From Octopus vulgaris (lineage: Eukaryota): 64,000 bases of DNA. The notes under the pieces are model-generated. The model saw only the letters and a list, made by a program, of their open reading frames with translations, was not told where the DNA came from and did no database searches. Position 1 is the first letter of the stretch, and each line of letters starts with the position of its first letter. Of the stretch, positions 42,612 to 56,471 are shown piece after piece. Position numbers and translations under genes: made by a program. Location: assembly GCA_951406725.2 (NCBI GenBank), contig OX597823.1, forward strand, positions 65,720,001-65,784,000, written 5' to 3'.

Positions 42612-43240
42612 TTATATATATATATATAGAGGGTACTATTATTCATAGGTACCGCACGCTAGGAGGGACTCTTGCAGTCAAAACTACTAAAATAAACAAA
42701 TTGTACCGAATGCAAAACTTCAAAGCAAGTCATTTAAAAACAGAATTTAGTTACATATCACCTGTGATTTCGCAATCAATGCAGAATATGCATTCTATGC
42801 TCTTCAGTGCAACGAACTCAAGACATGTAATGGAAAAAACACAATATAGCATACCCGACAGCCAACCGTAGAATTCGTCGTAGCATGTACGAATGTTTAT
42901 CTTTACATATCTATGAAAATGGCGGGCTTATTCGCAATGCTTTTCGTTAACAATTTGCCTATTCGGAACAAAAATTCAGTATTGAACTATTCCGGTGAAA
43001 AATTATAAATTTAAAATTAAGGATAAAATCTTTATAAGAAATTATCAGTAGTTAGCGTGAAAAACCTCGTAAGAGAAAAAATCTGTAAATTTTTCCACTT
43101 TGAAAATATTTATTTATATTATATAGAGGGTACTATTATTCATAGGTACCGCACATATTTTCAGATTTTTTCTCTTACGAGGTTTTTCACGATAACTACT
43201 GATAATTTCTTATAAAAATTTTATCCTTAATTTTAAAATA
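42612..43240 (-). mobile_element. Non-coding HHR element (497 nt unit, terminal inversion) in (TA)n
   Basis: Direct repeat GAGGGTACTATTATTCATAGGTACCGCAC at 42629 and 43126; 43160-43238 inverts 43010-43085; HHR inside. Confidence 0.75.
42750..42813 (-). ncRNA. Type I hammerhead ribozyme
   Basis: GTTGCA CTGAAGA GCA.AATGCA..TGCATT.TGC GAA ATCAC AG GTGAT A TGTAAC; all three stems pair; AUA site. Confidence 0.85.
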
Positions 43241-44019
43241 TATATATATACACATATGTATATGTATACATATATATACATATGTATATGTATATATATA
43301 TATACACATGTATATGTATATATATATATACACATATATATATATATATATACATATACATATGCATATGTATATATATATGCATATATGTATACATATG
43401 TATATATACACATATAAACATATATATACAAACACACTCACATACGTCTATATATATATATATATATATATATGAAATGGCACTACGTTGATTACAACGG
43501 CGAATGGATCTAGTTGATGCGGTCAATAGAGAACCCTTCTCATGAAATTAGAGTGAAAGTGTTTGAGACTCCATAGGCACGTGTACCCTTAACGTAGGTT
43601 CCAGAAAGTATGAGTGTGACACCACGGGATGAGAGGAGGTTTCCCATTTGAATTCCAGTTACAAGTCATTTTTAATATGCTTGTGTGTGTGTTTGTGTAT
43701 TGTGTATGTGTGTGTGTTTGTGTATTGTGTATGTGTATGTGTGTGTGTTGTGTGTGTGTGTTGAGTGGGAAGCAACTCTCAAAAGAAATGTACAGCAGAA
43801 GATTTTCAGAGAAGGCTAGTGTTTCGGCTCTTAACTTCTTACACTCTAAGGAGCAAAGTCTGCATTCCTAGCTAAGACTCCCGGGTGCTCTTCTGTTGAT
43901 ATATTTTCGCCCCTTGTGTATCAGAGACTTATGCATTTTAACCGATAGGAGATTCCATTATATTCGAACTTCAATAGGTTGATTCAACTTTCAAGTTGAA
44001 CCAACAGAACTAGTCGTCG

Positions 44020-45600
44020 TGTGGTACCGGTGAAGCCACAACATTATCACAGTGACTCACGCAGAGTTGCTTCCCTTAGCTGTAAAATACAAAACTATTG
44101 CCTTCAAACTGGACTGAGGTCGTGTTTTTTTCCTCCTCAACCATATCTAGTTAAAACACTCGATATTGTCACGGTGAGTTCAATGAAAATCAGTTTCTTC
44201 GATGAAGTGGAACGGAATACAATATGTGGTTTTAAGCCACGCTTTCTGTTGATGCCTGAAGATCTTCTGAGCATTTTCACTCCTCTTCACCACCCAGAAC
44301 ACGCCATTCTTGTGACCTGTAAGGCATAACTCTTTCGGACAATAACTTGCTGCTTCTTGCCGTTTAGAATGCTGGAAACTTGTGATACATATTTTACTCT
44401 TGCCATACGTATCACTAGTACGATCTCCTTAAGCACTTGACTATGCCCGATGTGTATTCCAAATTTTGTCTTTACCGGTAGATCCCTGGCCCATGATCAT
44501 CTGATTTGCCGCTTTTCAGTAGGTTCGTATTCGAAGGTAGAAGATCATAGACAAATCTGAAGATAAAGCTTTTTCTACGAGGCACCAAATGCTCCAAAAC
44601 GTTCCGAATTAAACATTTCTGGAGTGCACCTAACACTGTCATCCACTGGACCTATTGGCTCTGCTGTACTACCTTCTGGATTCTTATAGCATTTTCCTCC
44701 TGTCTCACCTCTTGTAAAATATTATCTCTCTTCATATTTTCCCTGACCTCTGACCACAATTCCATTTTTGCTTGGTTCAGTCTCTTCCTATTGAACTGAA
44801 TGTATCCCATTGTCTCTCTGATCGCGCTGCTTTCGTTTGCCGTCTCCTGGACTTTCCATTTCCAGCCTGTTTTCAGTTTGGGGCAGATCGAATTTTCAAC
44901 CTTGTCTCTCGAGTCTTCAAGCATAGTTAAATGCCTTACTTTTCAGACTTTGTATTTCTCAACAAGGAAATTGAAAGGTAGCTTCAAATTGCCCTGGCGT
45001 AAGTCGAGTGCAACATCAGTAAGACCAGGTGGGGCATGGAAACACTTCCTTGTGTACTTGTTAATTTCGTCCTCCCTGTCTTCCAATGTACTAGTGCTGA
45101 TATCTTAAAACAGCAGAAGCCAGAGAAGTCTTGAGATTAACACGAGCTGCAAACACTACATCTTGTATTTGCCAGAAACCACACTAGTCTATGATCTGCA
45201 GACCTTTTTTTGCCATTTGTTTCGGGTGAGTTCTCCTTTTTTATCTTTCAGGGAGTCGTCATACCAACTTCCGAAGCTTTTGATTGATTCCCCTGCCACT
45301 GTTAGGATATTATATTTTGGTTGACTACTGAGAACATGACAGTTTCCACAAATTTCCTTTTCTACAAAGAGAGGTTTGAAGATTTATTTGGTTAGAACCT
45401 CATTGTAGAAGATGCAACTGCCTCATCCAACTATTTCAGCATCCTCTATGTTTCATTCCCCTTTACTGAAAGACTGTTCTGTCATCCGTAAAGGCTTTTA
45501 GCGGTGGTGTCCGAAATCACTATTCAAGTTCTGTTGAAGCTAACTCTCCTATTGCTGCCTTTAGGGTGACCTCCAATGTCTACACCGTATAGGGAAGATC
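44020..45600 (-). mobile_element. Decayed RLE-type LINE (HERO/NeSL-like)
   Basis: LKTGWKWKV..EVRQEENAIRIQKVVQQSQ and LKPHIVF..KLIFIELTV motifs; many stops. Confidence 0.65.
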
Positions 45601-45649
45601 CAGGTGGTTGTATACCTTTTGTGAGCGTCATCCTTTATCTTATTTCCGA

Positions 45650-46243
45650 CCACCGTGTGGAGACAGCCAAAAGAAGCATTTGATCCAGACTACCTTCTTC
45701 TAACTGTTAAACATGGAGGAGGATCTGTGATGATCTGGTGGGCTATATCTTGGAAATCGGCCAGCCCAATGGTTTCCCTTCATGGCAGAATTAATGGTCA
45801 AGACTTTTTGAGCATTTTATCTGATCTAATTCATCCTGAATTTGCGGAACTGTTTCCGAAAGCAAATGCAATATGTCAGGATGATAATGCACCAATTCAC
45901 ATTGTTACAATTCAAATTGTTACTGAATAGCACGAGAAATATTACAGTGAAGTTGAACATCTAATCTGGCCGCCACCGTCCCCAGATATCAATGTTATTG
46001 AACATATATGGTGCATTTTATTAAAACATGTAAGGAGTCGATATCCTGCACCATCATCAAGAACTGGGGACTGTTTAAGGTGAAGAATGGACAAAAATTA
46101 CTTTGGAAACAATTCAATGTTTGTATGAGTACATAACTCGTAGAATTCAAGCTTTAATTACTGCCAAAGGCGCTCCTGCCCCATATTAAAATAAATTTCT
46201 TTGAAATTTTAAGGTGTTTCTATAATTTTGTCCAGCTCCTGTA
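45650..46243 (+). mobile_element. Tc1 transposon 3' part
   Basis: TVKHGGGSVMIW..QDDNAPIH..WPPPSPDINVIEHIW; TIR ..TTTTGTCCAGCTCCTG-TA; matching left TIR-like end at ~50660. Confidence 0.85.
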
Positions 46244-46851
46244 CATAATTGAATTAAACATGCGTAATTGCATTGTCATTGAAAGTTTTAGTTTATGTGT
46301 TTCTTGGTTTCCGCTATGTCCGGTTTAATTAAGTAGACCTAAAACCAATGAGATTTAAGAGTTGAACAACCCTTGTACTGGAAATAGTGCAATCTGAATA
46401 AGAATACGTAGATATTTTGTTTTAGAGATGATGGCAGGTGTGGATCAAGGGAGATTTGCACTTTGCTTTTTCTAGAATTTCAAGTAAGCATGCAGATGCT
46501 ACCTTGTCAAAGCAAGTCCATAAAAAATAAAACGGAAGCTATTCTGGTAGATTATTCTCCATGTTATGTTATGAATCTTAATGCTATTGAGCATTTGCAT
46601 ACATTTCTAATATAAAGACACAGTTAAGTCAAACTCTCTAGCATATCCTGCAGTGGATATATCTGTATTCGTGGTTGTTCTTACAAAGCAGCATCCAATA
46701 ACCATTATATCAAACCAGGAATATTCAGGGATTGATAGATAAACACACACAAATATTTTAGCTGGAATGCTCCTGAACATAGTTATGCTCGATCATGCTA
46801 CTAGCCAATTTGACCAAATATACAAATATGTACAGATATATTCACACACAG

Positions 46852-46917
<66 letters not shown>

Positions 46918-47075
46918 GCATTAACGTAGGTATATGAATATATATATCACATATACACACGTATATATATATGTGTGTGTTGAATGTATACATGTGTACA
47001 CACGCATATATCTATATGTATCTTTATGTAAATACGTATACGTGTATATATGTCTATCTCACTCTCTCTCTCCTG

Positions 47076-47158
<83 letters not shown>

Positions 47159-47639
47159 ATAAGTATATTTTTATAGTGTATTTATATAGTGTATTGATAT
47201 ATATATATGGAAGTATATAAGTGTTATGTATATGCTAAAAAGTAAGTTCGTTTACAAGAAAAAATCTACACGTATGAATACACTTGATCCTCAATAGAAA
47301 TACATATAATGCCATAGCTACAAATACATGCATGCATGCATGCCAATCTGAAAACATGTATATATACACATTCACACAAACAAGAAGAATGGGATTCCAA
47401 CATCCATTATAGAGTTTGCAACATTTCGAAGCTTCAAGCTAGATTGTAAGTTATAATATTGAGAATATTTCTGTTTGATATTTTAACAATATCAAACATT
47501 GAAATATAAGGTTTCTTTTTATTGTGTATAAATAATACAATCTTCATTTTACTCTTGGAATGATTTGATAAGTTTGGAAATATTGCTGTTTTTATTCTGT
47601 CTGTTATATTATTATTATTATTTATTATTTTCTGACTTT

Positions 47640-47875
<236 letters not shown>

Positions 47876-48685
47876 TTTGTTTTTGGGGAACAATTCTTTC
47901 CCCTTGCGTATTACTTTTATTGCTAACCATGAGCTATTTTCGAAAATATTGGTTTAGAATTTTGAGATTAACAACGAAAATAAAATGCATTGTAATTCTT
48001 ACGTTCTTTCTTTTGACTGTTATATGAAGTAACATAAAAAATATTGTTACATTTAAGAGCATAATCCAAATAACACAAATATCGCATAGCTGCAGGTGTT
48101 AAACAACAATGAAACCACAAAAACGCATTCAGGATATCCCTTCTCCATGATATTACCGACGTTCTTGTAAAAAATATTTTATGTAGCTCGAGTGAATGAT
48201 AGAGATGTTTACCAGCGCTGTTCATGCAATCGCATGTTCATCAGTGACGTAAGCAGCAAATTCAAACAGATATAAAGTAAAGAAGAATGCGTGAAGTAAC
48301 TGCTGGAAACCTGTTTTCACTTACACACACGTATATACATAAACACATACAAAAACACATAGAAATATGTATTTATATGAGTATGCATATTGGCAAAAAC
48401 CAGCTACGAGAAACAGCCCTGAGTAACCAATGCGAACGACATATGTATATCATATACCATAACACGTATAGTCTTGCTTATCCCATTTGTATAAAAGAGA
48501 ACATAGTTCCAAGAAACAAGAATTCTCCGAAGTTGACAGCTATACTCTGGAGATGTTACGGCATTTAATGACAGCTGTGTAGTACTTAGTAAACGTTATT
48601 AGATCAACAATTATCAGCAGACAAAGACACTTAGACAATGGAGTATCACACATTCATAGCCTATGCAATATTCATTCTTTTGAAA

Positions 48686-48908
48686 GGCGGCGAGCTAGCA
48701 GAAACTCTAGCACGCCGGGCGAAGTGCTTAGCAGTATTTCGTCTGTATTTACATTCTGAGTTCAAATTCGCCGAGGTCGACTTTGCCTTTCATCCTTTCG
48801 GTTTCGATAAATTAAGAGCGAGTCACGTACTTAGGGTTAGGTTTAGGGTCTAATCGACTGGCCCCTCCCCCAAAATTTTAGGCCTTGTGCCTAGAGGAGA
48901 GAAGAAAA
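48686..48908 (+). mobile_element. SINE family B variant
   Basis: Same head and central domain as 15143; different tail. Confidence 0.85.
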
Positions 48909-49025
48909 TTCATAATTTGAACAAATGTGTGCAAAGAAAAATAACTCAGATTGGTCTCTGGCATAAATATCTGTGCATATGCATTCATATACATATCCTT
49001 GAGTGTGTGATTATGCATGTGTATG

Positions 49026-49257
<232 letters not shown>

Positions 49258-49452
49258 GGGGTTTAGCAACAGGTTGCTTAATTATATTTATAAACTCATA
49301 TAAACACTTTTTGTGTACGTTTTTAGCGATAATGTTTTTTTTCCATACCGAAATTACTTGGTAAAATTTAATTAATAATTCTTGACCCTATACTGTCAGG
49401 ATTATTCATACATACATACATACATACATACATACATACATACATACATACA

Positions 49453-49488
<36 letters not shown>

Positions 49489-49491
49489 TAT

Positions 49492-49665
49492 ACAGGAGTG
49501 GCTGTGTGGTAAGTAGCTTGCTAACCAACCACATGGTACCGGGTTCAGTCCCACTGCGTGGCATCTTGGGTAAGTGTCTTCTGCTATAGCCCCCGGCCGA
49601 CCAATGCCTTGTGAGTGAATTTGGTAGACGGAAACTGAAAGAAGCCTGTCGTATAAATGTATATC

Positions 49666-49698
<33 letters not shown>

Positions 49699-49904
49699 TT
49701 GTGTGTCTGTGTTTGTCCCCCTAGCATTGCTTGACAACCGATGCTGGTGTGTTTACGTCCCCGTCACTTAGCGGTTCGGCAAAAGAGACCGATAGAATAT
49801 GTACTGGGCTTACAAAGAATAAGTCCCGGGGTCGATTTGCTCGACTAAAGGCGGTGCTCCAGCATGTCCGCAGTCAAATGACTGAAACAAGTAAAAGAGT
49901 AAAT
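49492..49904 (+). mobile_element. SINE family A, full length
   Basis: Complete head, core and tail. Confidence 0.92.
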
Positions 49905-50118
49905 AGTAATATATATATATATATATATGCTGGTTGTCTACTCCTTATGAAGAGACTAACCAATCCATGATGGCTTCTGATTTCGCTTTTTGACCCGGAC
50001 AGTGCATTGACAAAACACTCGTATAGGAGGCATATCTGATTTGGACCACCAAGTGATGCAGTGATCTTAAAATGTGTTTGCGACTTCCGTTAGATTTGCC
50101 GACCTTATGGCATACACA

Positions 50119-50180
<62 letters not shown>

Positions 50181-50468
50181 TGGCAAAGCTTGACTGCTAG
50201 GAAGTCGGCCGTATGCTAGAAACAGATCATCAACGATCAAACTACAAAGGAATTCTCTAGAGGAAAAATTCAGCGAACACCAGAACCAAATTTGGCGGGC
50301 AGGACAGATGAAAATTTATATAAAAAACAATAAATTTTCATCTGTCCTGCCCGCCAAATTTGGTTCTGGTGTTCGCTGAATTTTTCCTCTAGAGAATTCC
50401 TTTGTAGTTTGATCGTTGATGATCTGTTTCTAGCATACGGCCGACTTCCTAGCAGTCAAGCCCTGCCA
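50181..50468. repeat. Near-perfect palindrome, ~138 bp arms, ~10 nt loop
   Basis: TGGCAAAGCTTGACTGC..GATGAAAATTTAT pairs with ATAAATTTTCATC..GCAGTCAAGCCCTGCCA. Confidence 0.95.
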
Positions 50469-50576
50469 ATATACACATATATTAGAATTTTCACTGACTT
50501 CTCAGATTTTTTGTATGCTAGACCACTGGTTTTAAATTGATATTAAAAATAATATTAATTTATCTCCCTCATTATT

Positions 50577-50645
<69 letters not shown>

Positions 50646-51076
50646 GTATGTATATACATACACAGACTGGACAAACTAATGGAAACACTAGCATCATGGC
50701 ATCATAATTTTTGAATATCTATAAAAATGTTAAAAGCTTGTTTATTTTGTGTTTTGATTTATTATTAGTGTTGCTTGATACATTTTGTTAAAATTGCCAT
50801 CTCTTTTTTTCAGATATCATCATATAAAGGTAATTAAAATTAATTCAATGACGATGGGTTTGCACCTAGAACTTTCCCCTCCGAGGCACAGATCCACTGA
50901 TGTTTATGGAAGACCAGCAGTCGCCCATGCATATCAGCTTCCCCTCTCCACGCGACCAGCGTTTTCCAAGGGAAAGGCAAAAATCAATAGGGCTTGGCAT
51001 TAGTGACGACGTATCTCATTTCTACAACTGAGTGAACTGGAGTAATGTGAAATGCATATATATATGTATATATATA

Positions 51077-51997
51077 CCGAACTCAACTCCAGTCTGATCT
51101 ATATGCTGTGAGTCAATGGGCAGACAGAAACAAAATGCAACTGAATGAGGGAAAATTTGAGCTGATGCATTTTGGAAGAAATTCCTCACTAAAACAACCA
51201 TACTCTCTTCCTTCAGGGGAACCGCTCACAGCCTCTAACAATATCAGAGACCTGGGTGTAATTGTTGATTACGCTCTCAGTTGGAGTGCACACATCAACA
51301 AGAAGGTCGATATAGCTCGTAAGATGAGTTCCTGGATCTTAAGGACTTTCTGGTCCAGAGAACAAGTTGTCATCACACCACTTTTCTCCTCCTTTGTACG
51401 GCCACACCTTGAATACTGCTGCCCACTGTGGTCTCCCCATACAAGACAAAACATCTCCAGGATTGAGTCACCCCAGAGGGCACTCACTAAACGAATTGAA
51501 GGCATGGCTGCTCTCGATTATTGGGATCGCCTTAAAGCCTTGAAACTTTACTCCCTCCAGCGTCGCCGTGAGCGGTACATCATTTGTACGATGTGGAGAA
51601 TATACCGCCAACTTTGCCCAAACGACCTTAACATTAGCTGCAAGGTTCATCCAAGACTCGGACCACGGGCCATACGTCCCCTGCCCAATTCAAGATCACA
51701 ACATACATGTACACTGCAACATAATTTCTTTTCCTCAACAGGCCCTGCCCTATTTAACATTGTCCCGAGAGAGATCAAAGAGGAAAAGGATCCCATCAAT
51801 TTTAAACTGAGTCTGGATAGATTCCTTCAAAAAGTACCAGATAAGCCACCCATAATTGGATACACCTCACCCAACAAGAACTCACTACTTGAACAAAACT
51901 TGACTTAAACAGGATTCGAATAATCCTATCAGGTAGTGCTATTAAGTTAGATATGGCCTGGATCAATCTTTGGTCGAAACATATCTAAGTTATCTAA

Positions 51998-51998
<1 letters not shown>
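51077..51998 (+). mobile_element. CR1-clade LINE 3' end; ORF 51108-51908 is the ORF2 C-terminus
   Basis: MQLNEGKF..IRDLGVIVD..VRPHLEYCCPLWSP..YWDRLKALKLYSLQRRRERY; 3' tail repeat TATCTAAGT; in (TA)n. Confidence 0.9.
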
Positions 51999-52051
<53 letters not shown>

Positions 52052-52664
52052 GCGGCGATGCTTCCGTCGTAGAAAATATAGACTTATGCCAAATCCATCT
52101 TTAGATTATTTAATCAATTATCAATTATCCAACGAAATCATACTCCAACTGCGTTTGACACCAAGTAGCGCAAGCCGTGCAATGTGCTTTACTCAACACA
52201 TTAACACACTAATCGACATATACCCATTAGTCAAAATACTATATACACCCACACATATACGCGTGCACACACACATACGCACATGCACGCGCACACACAC
52301 AAACACACACACACACACACACACATGCACATACTCAGTTGAGCATGAATTTCACTCACCATCTATCTCCCTCTGTCACTTACACGGACATATGTATATA
52401 TAGGTATATGCATGTCTCTTGGTCATCTATGTATCATTCTTAATGCAAATAAATCACGTACAGCGAAAGTAACTGCGGCATTATTGGTTTTCGTGCTGTA
52501 TTTGTATTAAGTATGATACACTGATGGCTATATACATACGCATAGCTAAATGCATACGCTTGTATGTATGTAGCTATGCATAAATGTATGTATGGATGGA
52601 GGGATGGCTAGACAGATGGAAGGACGGATGTATGTGTGTAAATATATATGTATGCGTATGTATA

Positions 52665-53445
52665 TATAGCGAAAATAGCCACCATGGTGCAATTGACACA
52701 GCCAGAAATTTTGAAACGACATGTTGTACTTTCGACCATTCGCGCCGGAAGCTCCAGTACGAACATTTCCGTGTGTCTGGGTGTCATCAGTCTCAGGAAA
52801 GTGCAATCTGAGGACATGTACCGAGAGTGATAAAAATAAAACATCCAGTCAACATGATGGTATTTTGAGTGATCACTAGTGATGGCGACGTTATTCTTTC
52901 ATCCATTTTCTCACACGGCTACATACCCAACACGGAGGCCTACATCAAGTGGCTGGAAGAGGTAGTGCTGCCCTGGGTCAAAGAGGATGGCCGCTCGAAG
53001 AGCTTATGTCTGGTAAAAGGACCCTGGCCCATGTCACACAAGCAGGAGAACCCAGTCATAGCTGTCAGACAATTTCAGCGACCGTATCACCCCTAACATC
53101 TGGCCACTTAACTTCCCAGCCTGCAAATCCATGGATTATTATGTGTGAGACGCAGTTGTCCGAGAGACCAACAAAACTCCATGTAACACCAAAGATGAAC
53201 TGAAGCAAGGGTTATGGCAGCATTCACCAACTTAAACATGGAGGCTCTCCAGAAGTGTTGCAGGAGATTCCGAAGTCGTCTGAAGACCGTGGTTAAGCCA
53301 ATAGCGATTTTATTAAATTTATTTGATCATTAGTATTTTAAGATATTTTTATATAATCTTGGTAAAAATAGCTGTTAAAATGAGATGCCAGTGTTATTTT
53401 CATTTTTGCGTAATTTAGCCGACCTTTTATTCACCGCACTCTGTA
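52665..53445 (+). mobile_element. Decayed maT/DD37D-like transposon
   Basis: ITSDGDV..NTEAYIKWLEEVVLPWV..; ends CACCGCACTCTG-TA; homologous to 34697-35292. Confidence 0.75.
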
Positions 53446-53461
53446 TATATACATATATATA

Positions 53462-53540
53462 TCTCTATATATAAAACTGAGAATGTGTGTCTGTCTGTCT
53501 GCCTGTGTGTTTTCCTTAAACTTGAGAACTACACAACCAA
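53462..53540 (+). mobile_element. Helitron-like 5' end fragment
   Basis: TCTCTATATATAAAA followed by a (GTCT)/(GT) tract. Confidence 0.4.
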
Positions 53541-53754
53541 CACCACTAATATAACTAATGATAGTCTATACACAAACATATAATTATGGACATCACTTGG
53601 AATTATGGACATCACTTGGAACCAATATGCATAAACGGACCTGTAGGTAAGCACACGAAAGTATTACTGCATCAATAATGATCTATGCTGTGTTGTTTCA
53701 TTAGATTTAATTATTCCAGCATCCAAAACTGATGCGCTACCAGCATGTATTATT

Positions 53755-54880
53755 AATGACTTCTTGGAAATATAGGAGTCAGGCAGTAGTGGTTAACGGA
53801 GCCACCTCTATGAACACACAAATAGTGAGCGGTGTTCCACAGGGCACTGTCTTGGGACCACTGCTTTTTATAGTGGCCCTCTCAGATATGCACTCAAATG
53901 CCCGGATAGCCACTCTGGCCAGCTATGCAGACGATACGAAAGTCTTGCAGAAAATACAGAACCCCAGCGATGTTGCACACCTGCAGCAGGAGTTGGACTC
54001 AATCTACAGTGGGCTAAGGATAATAATATGCAGTTTAATGCTGAAAAATTCCAGGCCCTGCGCTACCAGCATCCAAAACTGAATATTAAACTTACAGGAT
54101 ACACCGGTCCACAGGGAATTTCAATCCCAGAGCCTAATTCTGTGAGGGACCTGGGTATCGACATGAGTGATGATACCTTTTTCCAAGTGCACATTACCAG
54201 GATGGCGACAAAGTGAAGACGACTGGCTGGGTGGATCCTAAGAACATTCAGAACCAGAGATAAGGAAACCATGGTGGTCCTCTGGCGGACATTACTGCTC
54301 ACAGCTATGGTCCCCCTACAGTGTAAAATTAACAGCGGACTTTGAGGCAATCCAGAGAAGATTCAGAAAGAATATCGTCTCTTTGCAACACCTCAGCTAC
54401 TGGGAAAGGTTGAAACAGCTGGGACTCTACTCCCTGGAGAGAAGACGGGAGAGGCATGCAGTAATATATGTTTGGAAGATCCTGGAAGGAATTGTGCCAA
54501 ATTTTGGCATTGTAAGCTACACCAATGCCAGAACGGGACTGCATAGTGCCAACGATTCCAGCAATGCCATCACGCTTCAGGACCAGCTTCTGCAACAGCC
54601 TGGGTTTCAAGGGCCCACAGCTTTATAATATTCTTCCAAAGAGTCTGAGGAACTTGCACAAAGTAGATATAGCGGTTTTTAAATCAAAGGTGGACATCTT
54701 CCTGTCGAGAGTCCCAGATGAACCTACCTCACGGCAAGAGGTGCAAATGAGAGTAGCTATATCAAACTCCATTCTTCACCAAGTGCCACACATTAGAGGA
54801 GGTTCTTCACAATAACAGTGTAGCACAAAACGGCGGTGCATCAGCATGGCCGCAGCTCTGAGCTGAAACTAGAGAAAAAC
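53755..54880 (+). mobile_element. CR1-clade LINE, RT 3' half, frameshifted
   Basis: SGVPQGTVLGPLLF..YADDTK..VRDLGI..YWERLKQLGLYSLERRRER. Confidence 0.9.
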
Positions 54881-54885
54881 ATATA

Positions 54886-54947
<62 letters not shown>

Positions 54948-54981
54948 CTTACATATAAGAGACCAAAGTGTACGTTCGACG

Positions 54982-55017
<36 letters not shown>

Positions 55018-56359
55018 CAAAAGGGGACAACAAAACATCCACATAGACGATGCAAAGAAAACAAAGACAGGTCATTCAGAGTTTTCTTTCCTCAGTCGAG
55101 TTCCAGATTATCTTTGCAATTTCGGCTGGTTATACTCGAGATTGCTCCAATCTGGTCAGCTCCAAGGAAAAAAACTAAGCTAAGAGCATTAGATTTCTTG
55201 GAAGAAAGCAGCGAATATATACGAAAACAAGGACTGAAACAAAACGGTGAATTTTACACAAATACAAATAACAAGACACAACAACAGGTACCTTTCGACT
55301 AAGGACGAATTAAATTAAGCTGGCGTGTGTGGAAGTAAAGACTTACGGCAGGGGTACAAGATTTCACAGGCACAGCGAGGAATAAAGATGTTGCACGGAC
55401 AGCGGGCGAACCAGGAAAGAAAGGTTTGGCTTGGCCGAAAACCGGTCACGTAGGGAGAGAAGAGTGAGAGGAAGAGGTAGAGGCAGAGGGACAGAAGAAA
55501 TAAGGATGGTCGAGAAAAAGTGACGGGGACACAATGAAGTGAAAAGAGAGGGGAAAGTGAGCATGTAGAGAAGGCAAGAAAATGTGAGAGAGGGGGGAAC
55601 GAAAAGAACGAAGTAAGCGTGAAAGGCCTGAGATATATATATGTGTGCGTGTGCGTGTGTGTGTGTGTGTGTAAATATACGTGAGTTTGTGCGCACAACC
55701 GAACAACCACTCACATAGATAGAAAACTCACGTCTTGCCTAAATTCAAAAATTCAATAACATACCTAATCTGATTCACATCATCAACCATATCGACCTGA
55801 CTATTATCTAAAGCTATCTGAAAACTATCGGTACTATTCCTAACCTCAGTAAATAATTAAAATTGATGTGTTTCTCTGAATGCCTAATTATTTCCCTACG
55901 GTATTTTATAAATATATGTCTTTCCTTTTGCCTGTCGATGGGTATTAGTTTAATAAAGTGCAACCGCTTACTCTTAATTATTTCCAGGCGTAAATATGTA
56001 TCTGTGTAAGTACGCCTTCTCCCTTCATTGGCCTGTGTTAGGAATGTGTCTTAGTTTCTGAGATACTGTATAGGCTCGTAGATATAATTACGAGCGTGTT
56101 TGCATACGTGTGTATGCATAAGTAGATTTAAGTTTGTGAGTGTATATGCGTGTTCACCAGAAAGACGTTATATCATCATTGCATTACAGATTCCTGGAAA
56201 AATATGTAGGTTATACAAATCAATATTTCACTTGTAATTCTATGGTCTAAGCCAATTTCTGAACGCTTATAAATTCTTCACCTACTAAATACGCAATCCC
56301 ACCTACCAACTTCTACCGTATTCGCTTCTAACCGTCAACGTCACCTTTGCCACCAACAC

Positions 56360-56393
56360 CACCACCACCACAACCGCTATCACTGCTGCTGCC

Positions 56394-56471
<78 letters not shown>
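56360..56471. repeat. (CAC)n-(TAC)n microsatellite
   Basis: Seen directly. Confidence 0.93.

Noticed and set aside
51108-51908. 266 aa ORF as a host gene
   Set aside because: It is the C-terminus of a 5'-truncated CR1 ORF2.
55012-55640. TA-bounded insert with CTGAGGA (minus) and GAAAACCGGTC motifs
   Set aside because: Likely a repeat element, but I could not fold a complete hammerhead or classify it.
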